Positions 9,783 through 20,884 of a stretch of DNA of 64,000 nt are shown piece by piece. The stretch covers positions 4,256,001 to 4,320,000 of the forward strand of contig OZ243938.1 of the NCBI GenBank assembly GCA_965214095.1, written 5' to 3'. Position 1 is the stretch's first letter; every line of letters begins with the position of its first letter. The notes below the pieces were generated by a model. The model saw only the letters and a program-made list of their open reading frames with translations. It was not told the origin of the DNA and ran no database searches. Origin of the DNA: Candidatus Poribacteria bacterium. GTDB lineage: Bacteria; Poribacteria; WGA-4E; WGA-3G. Both the position numbers and the translations under genes were made by a program.

Positions 9783-11269
9783 CATAAGCGTCAATTTAGT
9801 GATTTTTTGCTGCATTTTCAAGGTGTTCTAATGTTGTGTCTCTATTAGCACGTCTCTCAATGTAGCACCCATTTTGGAAAGCGTGTTTTATTTCATCAAA
9901 AGTTTGCCGAAAAGACATTATAGACTTGCGGAAACCTATTGCAAGTGTGCGTGCGAAGGTGCTAATAAGTTCTGCTGTTTTTGTTAGACTATGTTTTAGA
10001 CATCGCCAGCCGACCCTTAACATGATCCAGTGCCGCATAATTGCGACGATGAGTTTTGCATATAACTCACATAAGATTCTATATGGCTTGTCGCTACGGG
10101 AGGTATCAACTTTTCCAATGCTTTTGAAGCACTTGAACATCAACTCAATCTGCCATCGGATGCGTGCGACAGCACAAATCTGTTCAGCAGTCAGATGGTC
10201 TACTTCTATATTAGTAATGTAGATATTCCATCTTGCGAGCTGAAGTCGTTTTGGTGAAGGTTTCGTCTGCTTCCGCTTCGCACGATGTTTTATCTCCTTA
10301 ATACGCTGTTGGTTTTCTGTTTCTGAAAGTCTTTGAACAACTAATCGTGCTTTGAGACGCTTGTTTTTACCTATAAAGATTTGTTTGTCCTTGAAGTTAT
10401 CAGAACCCTTCTTGAGCCATTTTAGCAAGCAAAAAGGGTCACCTGTTTCATCATAGAGAAAACACTGGACTTTGTAGCGTGATATCCAAAAGACGTTTGC
10501 ATCGGAAAGTCTTTTGAAGGTATCAAGTGAATAATAGCCGAGGTCTGCGAGGCGCAAACTGCCGGCGGGTAGCATATCAATCTGCTTTTCAATAGTGCTA
10601 TCAGCGGTGATACCATTGGTCAGTTCAAAGTGTTCAAAAGTGCCTGTGGCACTATCAAAACGCAGGTGGAGTTTCACGGCAGCTGTGTTCGGTTTGTTCT
10701 TTTTGCTTCCACCTTCCCAAGTTTCGTGGAGCACATCAGGGAGTGTAATCCAAGAACTATCTTGTAAATAGACACCAGTGAACTTTTCAAGGAGCGGAAG
10801 CGTTTGCGGGTCGGCAGAAATAACCTGGGAAGCAGTAGCATCAAGGATAACTTTCAGGGTCTCTGCTGCTTCAGATGTAAATCGTTGTTCAATGGCTTGT
10901 CGTGAGATTGAAATCCCCAGTACACCAGCAGTTTGCGCAAGTTGTGTATAGGTGGCATCCGGGTTTTCTAACCAAGTCCAAATAAGTATTTGAGCAAAAC
11001 GACTACCGTTGAGTTTACAACTTCTTTTGACAAAACCTGTATTGAGAGCTGCATCATTGGCTATAGTTGTAAGAATATGTTGCATTTCTTTGGGAACTTG
11101 TGATAATGTATTCATTGGAAACACCTCTTTGTAGACCATAATAACTCTATATCTACATTATATATGAGGTGTTTTCATTTTTACAGAAGTTTTATTTCAT
11201 AATTTATACTTTCTCTGATTAAAAGTTGACACTTATCGGTCTTAGTGCATCCTTAAATTGACGCTTATG
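9783..11269 (-). mobile_element. IS4-family insertion sequence (1487 bp), 16-bp perfect TIRs, 20-bp target-site duplication
   Basis: TIR CATAAGCGTCAATTTA (9783-9798) / TAAATTGACGCTTATG (11254-11269); direct repeat GTGAATATGCTAATGCTCTC at 9763-9782 and 11270-11289. Confidence 0.92.
9796..11139 (-). CDS. IS4-family DDE transposase
   Basis: QDSS, ADLGY and RWQIELMFKCFK (YREK-like) motifs; stop codon lies inside the TIR. Confidence 0.9.
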   Translation of the reverse strand: MVYKEVFPMNTLSQVPKEMQHILTTIANDAALNTGFVKRSCKLNGSRFAQILIWTWLENPDATYTQLAQTAGVLGISISRQAIEQRFTSEAAETLKVILDATASQVISADPQTLPLLEKFTGVYLQDSSWITLPDVLHETWEGGSKKNKPNTAAVKLHLRFDSATGTFEHFELTNGITADSTIEKQIDMLPAGSLRLADLGYYSLDTFKRLSDANVFWISRYKVQCFLYDETGDPFCLLKWLKKGSDNFKDKQIFIGKNKRLKARLVVQRLSETENQQRIKEIKHRAKRKQTKPSPKRLQLARWNIYITNIEVDHLTAEQICAVARIRWQIELMFKCFKSIGKVDTSRSDKPYRILCELYAKLIVAIMRHWIMLRVGWRCLKHSLTKTAELISTFARTLAIGFRKSIMSFRQTFDEIKHAFQNGCYIERRANRDTTLEHLENAAKNH

Positions 11270-11636
11270 GTGAATATGCTAATGCTCTCACATAATCTCT
11301 ATGTTCTGAGAGTGTTGCTTTTGGGAGACCAGCTTCACTTTCCCATAACCATATTTCTTCATAACTTCCAGAAGCAACTGTGTCTCCATCCGGCGAATAT
11401 ACAATACTCCAAACATACTCTGTATGTCCTGCAAGTAGACTTACTTCCTCACCAGTTTTGACATCATAAATCCACGTGCCAATATCACCTGCAACAGCAA
11501 GTCTTGTGCCATCGGGAGAAAAGGCTACATTACCTGTTATGCTACTCTTACCAAAGCGATATTTTGCACCGTCAGGCAATTCTGATCGAGGTATCTCTTG
11601 ACTAATTTCTGTGTTCATCAAATTTATTCCTTTCAT
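11270..11636 (-). pseudogene. 5' portion of the IS-interrupted WD40-repeat gene
   Basis: LPDGAKYRFGK cap motif followed by FSPDG/GHT/YSPDG repeats, ending at the IS junction. Confidence 0.85.
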
Positions 11637-11864
11637 TAATTCTCTTCATCACTGTTAACTATATCACACAAATAGGATTTAAACAATACTCTTAATCTTC
11701 AATTCTATTGACTGTTTCAATCTTATATGTTAATATAATTACTAACAATTCAAATACGAAAATGTTCGGTATTTTCAAATAATGTTTCATAAAATTATTT
11801 GATTTCCCTAAAACACAACTTTCCTCAAAAAAATATCATAAATAAAATATAATGGAGTAAACTG

Positions 11865-13514
11865 ATGAAATGCACATTGATGAAAACTCTTATAATTCTG
11901 TTTTTTGTAAGTTTTACTCTCGCATTAAACGCTGCATCTATTGATGATTTTATACCCTATGATAGTTTTTTATTTGTCAAATTGAATGGACTTGACGAGA
12001 TACCTAACACGATTAAAAATAATGAAATAACTGGAATATTGAATGTATTGGGAACATCAGAGATTCTTGATCTATTCGGTCACAGTAGTGGTTTAACAAT
12101 ATGGTTGGATAAAAAACACAGCGTCAATGCGGCTTATATTGTGGATACTAAAGGGGACATGGTACTGATCCAACGTTTGAAAAAAATCGCACCAAGAATT
12201 TTAGGTGTGTTTGCAACTACACGCAAACAGAACGCAGGAAAACACAGATCAATCCAATATAGCGAACTCAATTTAGATGAAAATAAAATACTATACGGTT
12301 ATGTTGATGAGTTTTTTGTAATAGGGATTGGTGAACGAAGTTTCAAAACCATTATAAATACTTATAAAAAGAAATCTCCTTCAATTTTGAAAAATGAGCG
12401 ATTTGTTGAAGCAACGCAAAAAACAGGTGATGCAGATATATTTGTTTTTTCCAATATTGCCACCATTGATAACGCAAAAAAACGCAATGCTTTAATGTCC
12501 TTTGAAAAAGTGATAGAAGAATTAACACCTTTCACCTATATCTCAGCAACATTAAATCTTCAAGAACCGGGAGAATTTCTGAAAGCTTATGCCCCATTTA
12601 CTCCAAATGCCCTTCAAAACATAGAAGAAATACTACCAATTCAGACACAAATGGCACATACTTTAGATTCAAAGAAAACAATCCGAACCATGTCTGGAAA
12701 AGATGATCTCTTCATTGCCATATCACCGATTGTCACACAAACACTCTGGTCTCTACTACGTGAATATATAGAGCAGAATGCTGATGGTGGCTTTTACGAC
12801 GCTCTTAGTTTCTTAGAAAGTGAATTTAACACGGATTTTTATGCAGATGTGATACCAGCACTTACTGGAGAAGTCGCTTTGTCAATTTCTAAGTTCGAGC
12901 CATTTTTGACTCCTATAAAGAAGGATTCGATTCTATCGTTTCAGGGATCGTTGGATTCAGATGGGAACTCTGAAATAGAGATAAGTCCCATTGAACGATT
13001 TGGGGTCATTTTCAGTAGCATCAACCCCGCCAAATGGAATGAGTTTAATAATGCATTGGCTAATGCAGGTAATACCTCAACAAAACAATTCTTCGAATAT
13101 GGTGGCACGACAGTATCTCAAGTTGCTGACAGTGTCTACCTTTCAAACATCAATGAACTATCAATTGCCAGTTTTGGAGAAGACGATATAATATCATTGC
13201 TTGACACGTTGTCAGCAAACAGACAGTTGCCAATTGATATAGAACATGTAGCACAGTCGTCTATTGCTTGTTTTCAATTGAACCTGATTACTCTTTTGGA
13301 AGCATTACTCGGAACTGAACACATATCAAACCCAGACGATATAGTATCATTGCTTGCGTGGTTATCTCTTGAAGAGAATGCACTCAGTTTACAAGCTGCC
13401 TTTTTAGAGAACACGCCGGCACTGAACTCGTTAATAAGATTTTCAGATACAACAGTAAATGGTATTATATCATCTCTGAAGAAATCGAAAACGAATGCAA
13501 ATGAACTGAATTAG
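11865..13514 (+). CDS. Exported protein, possibly DUF3352-like
   Basis: 549-aa ORF with signal peptide; DFYADVIPALTGEVAL resembles DUF3352-type segments; weak assignment. Confidence 0.45.
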   Translation: MKCTLMKTLIILFFVSFTLALNAASIDDFIPYDSFLFVKLNGLDEIPNTIKNNEITGILNVLGTSEILDLFGHSSGLTIWLDKKHSVNAAYIVDTKGDMVLIQRLKKIAPRILGVFATTRKQNAGKHRSIQYSELNLDENKILYGYVDEFFVIGIGERSFKTIINTYKKKSPSILKNERFVEATQKTGDADIFVFSNIATIDNAKKRNALMSFEKVIEELTPFTYISATLNLQEPGEFLKAYAPFTPNALQNIEEILPIQTQMAHTLDSKKTIRTMSGKDDLFIAISPIVTQTLWSLLREYIEQNADGGFYDALSFLESEFNTDFYADVIPALTGEVALSISKFEPFLTPIKKDSILSFQGSLDSDGNSEIEISPIERFGVIFSSINPAKWNEFNNALANAGNTSTKQFFEYGGTTVSQVADSVYLSNINELSIASFGEDDIISLLDTLSANRQLPIDIEHVAQSSIACFQLNLITLLEALLGTEHISNPDDIVSLLAWLSLEENALSLQAAFLENTPALNSLIRFSDTTVNGIISSLKKSKTNANELN

Positions 13515-13571
13515 TTTTCCAATTTTAGTTTCTATTATTTTAATTTGACATCTGAGGAAATTGAATTAAGC

Positions 13572-14972
13572 ATGAAAAAAACAATGTACGAAAAGATATG
13601 GGATGCACATCTCGTACGAGCATCAGAGGACGAGGTACCGATTCTATATATTGATACACATCTTGTCCACGAAGTGACATCACCGCAAGCGTTTGAAGGT
13701 TTGCGAATCAACAACCGTAAGGTGAGACGACCCGATTTAACTTTCGCAACGATGGACCACAATGTCCCAACTACGGATAGAAGTCTACCTATCAAAGACC
13801 TAATTGCTGCAAAACAGATGGAAACACTCGCACAGAACTGCGCTGAGTTTGAAATCCCTCTCTATGACATCAACAGTCCTGAACAAGGCATTGTCCATGT
13901 CATAGGACCAGAACTGGGTATCACGCAGCCCGGAAGAACTATTGTATGTGGAGATAGCCACACTTCAACGCACGGCGCATTCGGAGCACTTGCATTCGGT
14001 ATCGGTACAAGTGAGATTGAGCATGTGCTGGCGACTCAATGTCTATTACAACACAAATCGGAGACATTCGAAATCCGCGTTGATGGGACACTGCCTTACG
14101 GTGTCACAGCAAAAGACATAATCCTCTCTATAATCGGACATATCGGCATTGACGGCGGCAATGGAGCCGTTGTGGAATATACAGGTTCGACAATCCGTTC
14201 TCTGAGCATCGAAGAACGTATGACGGTATGTAATATGTCAATTGAAGCAGGCGCACGTGCTGGCATGATTGCACCAGACGACACAACATACGAATACATT
14301 GCTGGTAGACAATTTGCCCCAAAAGGTGAAGCGTATGATGCAGCAGTTGAACAATGGAAGCAACTTCCAACAGACGATGGTGCTACTTATGATCGTGTCT
14401 TAGAACTTGATGCTACTAAGATAGCACCACAGGTTACATGGGGCACAAATCCGGGTATGGTTACGGATGTAACAGGTCTGGTACCAAATCCTGATGACAT
14501 GCACACTACTGATGAAAAACGGGCAGCAGAGCATGCTTTGGAATACATGGATCTTAAACCAGGAACTCCAATGACTGACATCAGTGTTGATAGAGTATTC
14601 ATCGGAAGTTGTACAAACTCACGTATTAGTGATTTGCGTGCTGCAGCAGAAGTAGTTAAAGGTAGAAAAGTAGCAGACACCGTCAATGCAATGGTTGTCC
14701 CGGGTTCACAGGAAGTAAAACGACAGGCAGAAGCTGAAGGACTCCATGCAATATTCCGCGCAGCCGGTTTTGAATGGCGTGAGGCAGGTTGTAGTATGTG
14801 TCTCGGTATGAACCCTGATACCTTGATGCCGGGTCAACGTTGTGCAAGTACATCAAACAGGAATTTTGAAGGTAGACAAGGCAAAGGTGGACGCACACAC
14901 CTTGTCAGTCCACAAATGGCAGCTGCGACTGCGGTAGCTGGATTTTTTGTAGACATACGTACTTTTGAATAA
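13572..14972 (+). CDS. leuC: 3-isopropylmalate dehydratase large subunit
   Basis: [47 protein letters not shown]. Confidence 0.97.
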   Translation: MKKTMYEKIWDAHLVRASEDEVPILYIDTHLVHEVTSPQAFEGLRINNRKVRRPDLTFATMDHNVPTTDRSLPIKDLIAAKQMETLAQNCAEFEIPLYDINSPEQGIVHVIGPELGITQPGRTIVCGDSHTSTHGAFGALAFGIGTSEIEHVLATQCLLQHKSETFEIRVDGTLPYGVTAKDIILSIIGHIGIDGGNGAVVEYTGSTIRSLSIEERMTVCNMSIEAGARAGMIAPDDTTYEYIAGRQFAPKGEAYDAAVEQWKQLPTDDGATYDRVLELDATKIAPQVTWGTNPGMVTDVTGLVPNPDDMHTTDEKRAAEHALEYMDLKPGTPMTDISVDRVFIGSCTNSRISDLRAAAEVVKGRKVADTVNAMVVPGSQEVKRQAEAEGLHAIFRAAGFEWREAGCSMCLGMNPDTLMPGQRCASTSNRNFEGRQGKGGRTHLVSPQMAAATAVAGFFVDIRTFE

Positions 14973-15049
14973 GTCAAATACAGACTAATCTAAGATGAAA
15001 GAGATTATATAAATATCCACTCAATATTTAGGAAACAGCCGAGGTAAAA

Positions 15050-15256
15050 ATGGAATCTATTATAATTGAAAAGATTAGGGAACTTCCTTTGGAACTTCAA
15101 GAAGAGGTAATTCATTTCATTGATTTTTTGCGAACCAAAAAAAGTACCAAACAGAAGAAAAAACCAAACTTGGAATGGATTGGTGGATTAAATGCGTATA
15201 GAGATGAGTTCACTGCCCTTGAACTTGAGAAAAAAGCGTCAGATTGGAGGGATTAG
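15050..15256 (+). CDS. DUF2281-like antitoxin
   Basis: LP..LQ.EV..FIDFL..K and W.GGL motifs; directly upstream of and overlapping a PIN gene. Confidence 0.75.
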   Translation: MESIIIEKIRELPLELQEEVIHFIDFLRTKKSTKQKKKPNLEWIGGLNAYRDEFTALELEKKASDWRD

Positions 15257-15660
15257 TGTTTCTTGCTGATACCAATATTTTTCTTGAAGCATTGTTGGGA
15301 CAAGACAAAAAAGACGATGTCCAATCATTCTTACAGAATATTGACTTAAGCACAATCTTCATTACAGATTTGTCGCTTCATTCCATAGGCATTATTCTAT
15401 ATAGATTGCAGAATTATACACTCTTCAGTTCATTCACAGAGGATATAATTGTTGACGGAGTCGGGATTCTCTCATTACCTGCGGAAGATCTTAAAACGCT
15501 GGAGTTGACATCGGTTAAATATAACCTTGACTTTGACGATGCATACCAATACACAGTAGCTGTGAAATATGAAATGCAACTCATCAGTTTTGATACAGAT
15601 TTTGATCAGACAGATAGGAAACGTATGGAACCTAGTGAGGTATTACAATCAATTGCTTGA
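15256..15660 (+). CDS. PIN-domain (VapC-like) toxin
   Basis: DTNIFLE, LDFDDAYQY, ISFDTDFD; GTG at 15256 overlaps the antitoxin stop. Confidence 0.85.
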   Translation: MFLADTNIFLEALLGQDKKDDVQSFLQNIDLSTIFITDLSLHSIGIILYRLQNYTLFSSFTEDIIVDGVGILSLPAEDLKTLELTSVKYNLDFDDAYQYTVAVKYEMQLISFDTDFDQTDRKRMEPSEVLQSIA

Positions 15661-15719
15661 TATGTGTAACCCTATTTAGAAAAGAGACTACTTAAAGACA
15701 CATAGAAGGAAACAGAAAT

Positions 15720-16310
15720 ATGGAAGCATTCAAAGAACACGTTGGACTTGTAGTTCCACTTGACCGAATTAATGTTGACACCGACCAGATCATCCCAAAA
15801 CAATTCCTCAAAAGAATTGAAAGAACTGGTTTCGGTGAATTTTTATTTTTTGATTGGCGTTATCTTGAAAATGGTGATCGGAATTCGGAATTCGTACTCA
15901 ACCACCCACGCTATGCAGACGCAAGTATTCTAATTGCTGGTGCAAACTTCGGCTGCGGTAGTTCCCGTGAGCATGCCCCGTGGGCATTGCAGCAATATGG
16001 CTTCAAAGCAATTCTTGCACCATCATTTGCTGACATCTTTCGCAACAATTGTTATAAGAACGGTATACTGCCTATTGCTTTATCTGCTGACGTTGTTACC
16101 TCGCTTAGTCAAGAAGCACAAGATACCGAAGGTTATAGACTAATGGTTGATTTAGAGGAACAATCGGTAATCTGTCCTGATGGCACTGCACACACATTTG
16201 AAATCGGTGATTTTGAGAAGTATTGCTTGCTCAACGGATTGGATGAGATTGGTTGGACTTTGCAGTATGAATCTGATATTACTGCTTTTGAGAACTTAGG
16301 TCAACAGTAG
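15720..16310 (+). CDS. leuD: 3-isopropylmalate dehydratase small subunit
   Basis: [34 protein letters not shown]. Confidence 0.97.
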   Translation: MEAFKEHVGLVVPLDRINVDTDQIIPKQFLKRIERTGFGEFLFFDWRYLENGDRNSEFVLNHPRYADASILIAGANFGCGSSREHAPWALQQYGFKAILAPSFADIFRNNCYKNGILPIALSADVVTSLSQEAQDTEGYRLMVDLEEQSVICPDGTAHTFEIGDFEKYCLLNGLDEIGWTLQYESDITAFENLGQQ

Positions 16311-16405
16311 CCACAAAGCCTGTTCATTCAAATTATTTCTCTGCAACTTGGATCTTTTAAACTGCAGCAGGTATAATCATAAGAAACATAATTGGAGGCA
16401 AAAAA

Positions 16406-16666
16406 ATGGCACAACCAAATAAAATTAGAGCTACCTACAAGAATGGTGTAATTGAACCGTTAGACGAACTCAATCTTCCTGACGGGCAAGAACTTGAGCT
16501 TGAAATCAAAGTACTCCCATCTGCCACCACTGTACTGTCTAAAGAAGAGAAAAAAGACTTGATTCAGAAAATGCGAGGGACTATGAAAGGTACTTGGGGA
16601 AGTAGTGTTGAAGATATCAATGCTTATCTCAAGTCAGAAAGGGATGCATGGAACAGAAGGCACTAA
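16406..16666 (+). CDS. AF2212/DUF104-like antitoxin
   Basis: IRATYKNGVIEPL..LNLPDG signature; upstream of a PIN gene. Confidence 0.75.
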   Translation: MAQPNKIRATYKNGVIEPLDELNLPDGQELELEIKVLPSATTVLSKEEKKDLIQKMRGTMKGTWGSSVEDINAYLKSERDAWNRRH

Positions 16667-17115
16667 ATTTTCGTTCAGTTCTCTTTCAAGATGCGACCGT
16701 GTTACTGGATACTTCTGTTTTAATATATTACTTTGAAGAGATTGAACCGTACTATCATTTAACAGAGGAAATCTTCAACGAAGCTAATGATGACAATATT
16801 AAGGGTTTTCTATCGGCTATATCAGTAACAGAATTTGTAACTAAACCATTTGCAGATGGAAAGGTAGCAGATGTTGAACGTTTTAAACATTTGCTATCTT
16901 CAATTTCAATACAAGTACTTGCTGTCACCTATGAAATTGCAGAATTGGCAGGTAAACTTCGCGCAAAATATCCAAGCACTCACACCCCAGACGCTCTAAT
17001 TATTGCCACAGCGTTAGAGAATAGATGTGATTTATTTTTTACTAACGACAAGAACTTGAAGAAATTTGAAGTTTCTGGGTTTGATGTAATTGTGCTTGCA
17101 GATTATGTTGAATGA
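16648..17115 (+). CDS. PIN-domain (VapC-like) toxin
   Basis: LLDTSVLIY, TPDALIIATA, FTNDKNL. Confidence 0.85.
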   Translation: MEQKALNFRSVLFQDATVLLDTSVLIYYFEEIEPYYHLTEEIFNEANDDNIKGFLSAISVTEFVTKPFADGKVADVERFKHLLSSISIQVLAVTYEIAELAGKLRAKYPSTHTPDALIIATALENRCDLFFTNDKNLKKFEVSGFDVIVLADYVE

Positions 17116-17258
17116 GGATGATGCAAGTTATCGTTATTAATCAAATCTTGGAACTGTGAGGTATTTTCTCAATTTGCCTTGTTATGCAATTATTCTACAT
17201 CTATCTTTAGTACTCACTATATTTCTATTGCAAAGCTTAAGGTAAATTCCAAATTCAT

Positions 17259-17284
17259 TAGGCGAGGTTTGAAACCTCGCCTAC
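17259..17284. repeat. REP-like palindrome (class 1)
   Basis: TAGGCGAGGTTT-G-AAACCTCGCCTA-C; reads GTAG + hairpin on the minus strand. Confidence 0.7.
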
Positions 17285-17373
17285 TTTATGAGGAAGATAA
17301 GTAATAATCTACAAAACTGCATCCGAAAATGTGTATAAGCGATTACGAATAATCTATGCAGTGGAGAATATAA

Positions 17374-19347
17374 ATGAGGACTTTATCAGACAAAATCACA
17401 CTTAATCTTGACGATGGTGCAGAAGTGTCCGTCAAAGGCTTCATCGCGCCGATTGAATACACACAATACAACTACTATGTCAAATGGGATGCATTGGCAA
17501 ATCTGCGCGCAACTGAACCAGAGAAACAGTATCTCACTTCAATTTTCACTGATTTTCTACCCAGTTGTAACATTGCTGTCGGTGATTTTTGGGAAGTTAA
17601 GCAAGATGGTGTATTGGAAATACTAAAGCAACTTCATCCAAAACCGAATGTAGATATGCACCTGAATGCGGGAGATTCTTGTGGCCTGTGGGCATGTCTC
17701 CGCGCATACAATGATGAATATGCCGACATCATGTTTCGTCTACATGCTGAATTCCAACTAAAAAACGGTTGGTTCACACCATCTCAATTTAAGGGTAATC
17801 TAATAATTGATCGATGCAATGGTAGAATTGCCAGTTTTAAGATGTATGTTCCAAAGGGTGTACTAAATTTTGATGTCAACTGGCATACGACATTGGAAGG
17901 CGATAGCGAACCTTCATGGTGGACTGATATCGGATACTGTCCACAAATGGAACTCCGCGCAGGAAATGATGCAGGTCCAAATAGTATAGAATTCACGGAA
18001 TTCATTTCACAGGAAGATGCAGAGCACAGACTGATACGTTGTTTTTACAAATCACAGCAAATCAATTGGGTTTCCTTGGAGGAAGCACTGAAATTGGCAC
18101 CAACCCTACAGAAACCGATCCATGCTATTTCAATAGATGGACCACTGGCAGACGAATCCTGCTGAGGGAGTGGTAAAAGTTTGAGGGCAGGTGTCCTCTC
18201 TAATGAGCAAATTATTACATTCTTGAATGAAAACTTCATCAATACATGGGTGCCTAATGCAGAATTGGGACGAATCCGAAGTTTGCGAGAACCGATAGAA
18301 AAAAGACGATTACAAGAAGGCAAAACATTCAACAAAAACCATGAGTTAGCACAAACTATCATTAAGGGATGGAAAACCGGTACGAAAAAAGGTTCGCCGA
18401 TGGATTGTTTCGTCATATCACCAGAGTTTGAACTGATGGGTAGACAACTCGTGAATGACTTGGACGATGACCGTAGAAATAGAGCATTACCATCAGAAGA
18501 GGCTTATTATCTTACATTTCTCAATGATGCATTGGAAGGAAAACAACCAGGTTTGGGGAATGTTGTTCTGACCTATGACAATCCTTCTCACGAGTTATCG
18601 GATGTTATTAGAACTTCCTCAGAAAACAATCAGAATCTAACTATTGTCATGATTGATGCCAGATCTTGTATAAACGGAGGTATATTGATCATTGACATTC
18701 TAATGGGCAGAGATGATGCAGAAGGTGCATTTTATTTATGTGACGGTGATTATATACTTCCCACGGATAGAGAAGTATCGGAGAATGATAGTCTTGCATG
18801 GACTTGGGGTGAATCCGATGAGACACTTCAGATAAAGCATCAATTCAACAGTGGACAATTTTTCAAGTTAATTGCTACACGTTATTGGGATGAGGATATT
18901 CCTTATATCAATGCATTTCACGCTAAAATTTCTGTAGAAGAAAATGCTCCAACTGGTATGAAGATTGTTCTTGATAGAGAACAACCGAAACAGAAGGCAT
19001 TAGAGACTTTTCGTGCACCTGGACATGGATATCAGGATTATACTGTTGTCAATATTGATACATTAGCGTTTGGTAATGGTGGAATACTAACAATTGAAAT
19101 TCAAGTTGGTAATGCAAAAGCATGCGGGTCGTTTGATCTGTTTGATGATGACACAAAACTGCCGACAAAAGGTACACCAAAGGAAGCACTCAGTTCTGCA
19201 TGGGGAATTGAACCCGGGAACAATGGTACAATCACACACGGTTTTGAGAAAGGTAAGGTCTTCAAGCTTGGTGCTACAGGCGACTGGTTTAGTAAGAAGG
19301 GAGATATAAACGCTTTTCACGCGATTATTTCTGTAAAGGAAAAATAA
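17374..19347 (+). CDS. Selenoprotein N-like protein 1 (Sec at TGA 18163-18165; 657 aa; two C-terminal repeat domains)
   Basis: ORFs 17374-18165 and 18181-19347 are in the same frame, joined by TGA GGG AGT GGT AAA AGT, giving DGPLADESC-U-GSGKSLRAGVLS; SelN-like motifs FRLHAEFQL, WFTPSQF, DIGYCPQMEL. Confidence 0.88.
18183..18198 (+). promoter_or_regulatory. Putative bacterial-type SECIS apical hairpin, copy 1
   Basis: GAGGGC-AGGT-GTCCTC, beginning 18 nt after the UGA. Confidence 0.7.
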
Positions 19348-20883
19348 ATGAATACAACAAGCAAAATATCGATTAATATAGAAAACGAAGAAAAAGTAAC
19401 TGTCAAAGGCTACATCGCACCTATTGAAGACATGAAACCTAACTTTCACGAAGAATGGGATGCGTTGGCGAATATGCGTGTAAACGAACCAGAAAAGGAA
19501 TATAACACAACGGATTTCCAAGCCTTTCTTCCCGGTGAACCTGTTGCTATCGGTGATTGTTGGCAGATTGAAGAAAATGGGGTATTGGAGCTTCTCAAAC
19601 AATTGAATCCCAATCCGAATCTGGATATGCATATTAATATTGGGGATTCCGCTGGATTGTGGGCATGTCTACGTGCATATAACGAGCAACATGCTCATAT
19701 TGTGTTTCGTATTCATGCAGAATTTCAATTAGAAGATGGATGGTTCACGCCTTCTCATTTTGCGGGAGATCTTATTATTGACCGGAACAAACAGGATGTC
19801 GTTTCTTTTCGTCAGTGCGTTCCTGAGGGAAAATGGTTTGATGTAAATTGGAAAAAAGATAAAGACGATCCAAACCATTATTATAGTACAGCTTCCGGTG
19901 TATGTCCAAAAATTGAACTATATGGCGGTTTGCGAGATTTACAGAAAGATACAAAATTTGCTTTATCTATTACACAAAAAGAAGCAGAAGAGAAACTAAA
20001 AAAACAATTCTACAAATCAGAGCAAATAAACTGGGTTCCCTTTGAGGACGCAGTAGAATTAGCACAGGCACATCAGAAACCGATCCATGCATTATCTATT
20101 GATGGACCGCTTGATGATGAAGCGTGCTGAGGCAGCGGAAAAAACTTGAGGGCAGTTGTCCTCTCCGATGACCGAATTATCAATTATCTAAATGAAAATT
20201 ATATCAACACATGGATACGTACTATTGAGTTGAGAAACATGCGTGATACATTGGGATATCAACAAATACACCCCTTGGCGTGGGCTATCATCAGTCATAA
20301 ATGGCGTAGAGGTCCTGTAGACTCTTGGATCATATCCCCAGAACTTGAAGCAATAGGACATGTCCCGATCAATGAATACCTTGGAGAAAACAGACGTGAA
20401 GACGGCACACTTGAAAGTGATAATTACTTGTTGTTTCTCCAAGATACCTTATCAGGAAAACTGCCTGGATTAGGGAATATTGTTTTCACTCCCGATAATC
20501 CATCACATACAGTATTAGACGTATTTCGCACACCAGAATTTGGACATCAGGATTATACCGTTGCTGTTATTGATACGACTGCATTTAAGAGCAAAGGCAC
20601 ACTGACTATTGATATAGAATTGGGCAACGATAAAGCGTATGGTTCATTCTTTTTGCTTGATGCAGACCATAAACTGTCCTTTGATGCTGATAATAAACGA
20701 CCAGATGGTAGCATGTTTGATGGTGCACACGACGTTGGTTGGTATGATCCGTGTGAAATAGGACAGATGACACATCAATTTGAACAAGGACAAATATATA
20801 AACTGGTTGGTATGGGATGGGCATCTAACGAAAAGGGAAGTATTAACGCATATCGAGCAAAAATCACTGTTGAGGTAGAATAA
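19348..20883 (+). CDS. Selenoprotein N-like protein 2 (Sec at TGA 20128-20130; 511 aa; one C-terminal repeat domain)
   Basis: In-frame join DGPLDDEAC-U-GSGKNLRAVVLS; ATG immediately follows the TAA of copy 1. Confidence 0.88.
20148..20163 (+). promoter_or_regulatory. Putative bacterial-type SECIS apical hairpin, copy 2
   Basis: GAGGGC-AGTT-GTCCTC, same spacing from the UGA. Confidence 0.7.
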
Positions 20884-20884
20884 A

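Noticed and set aside
9414-9848. Plus-strand 144-aa ORF and similar antisense ORFs over WD40 genes (PSGE-rich)
   Set aside because: These are reverse-complement shadows of SPDG repeats on the coding strand
19345-19350. Readthrough fusion of SelN-like genes 1 and 2 (TAA directly followed by in-frame ATG)
   Set aside because: TAA is a strong stop with no recoding signal, and the gene 2-3 junction is out of frame; translational coupling suffices
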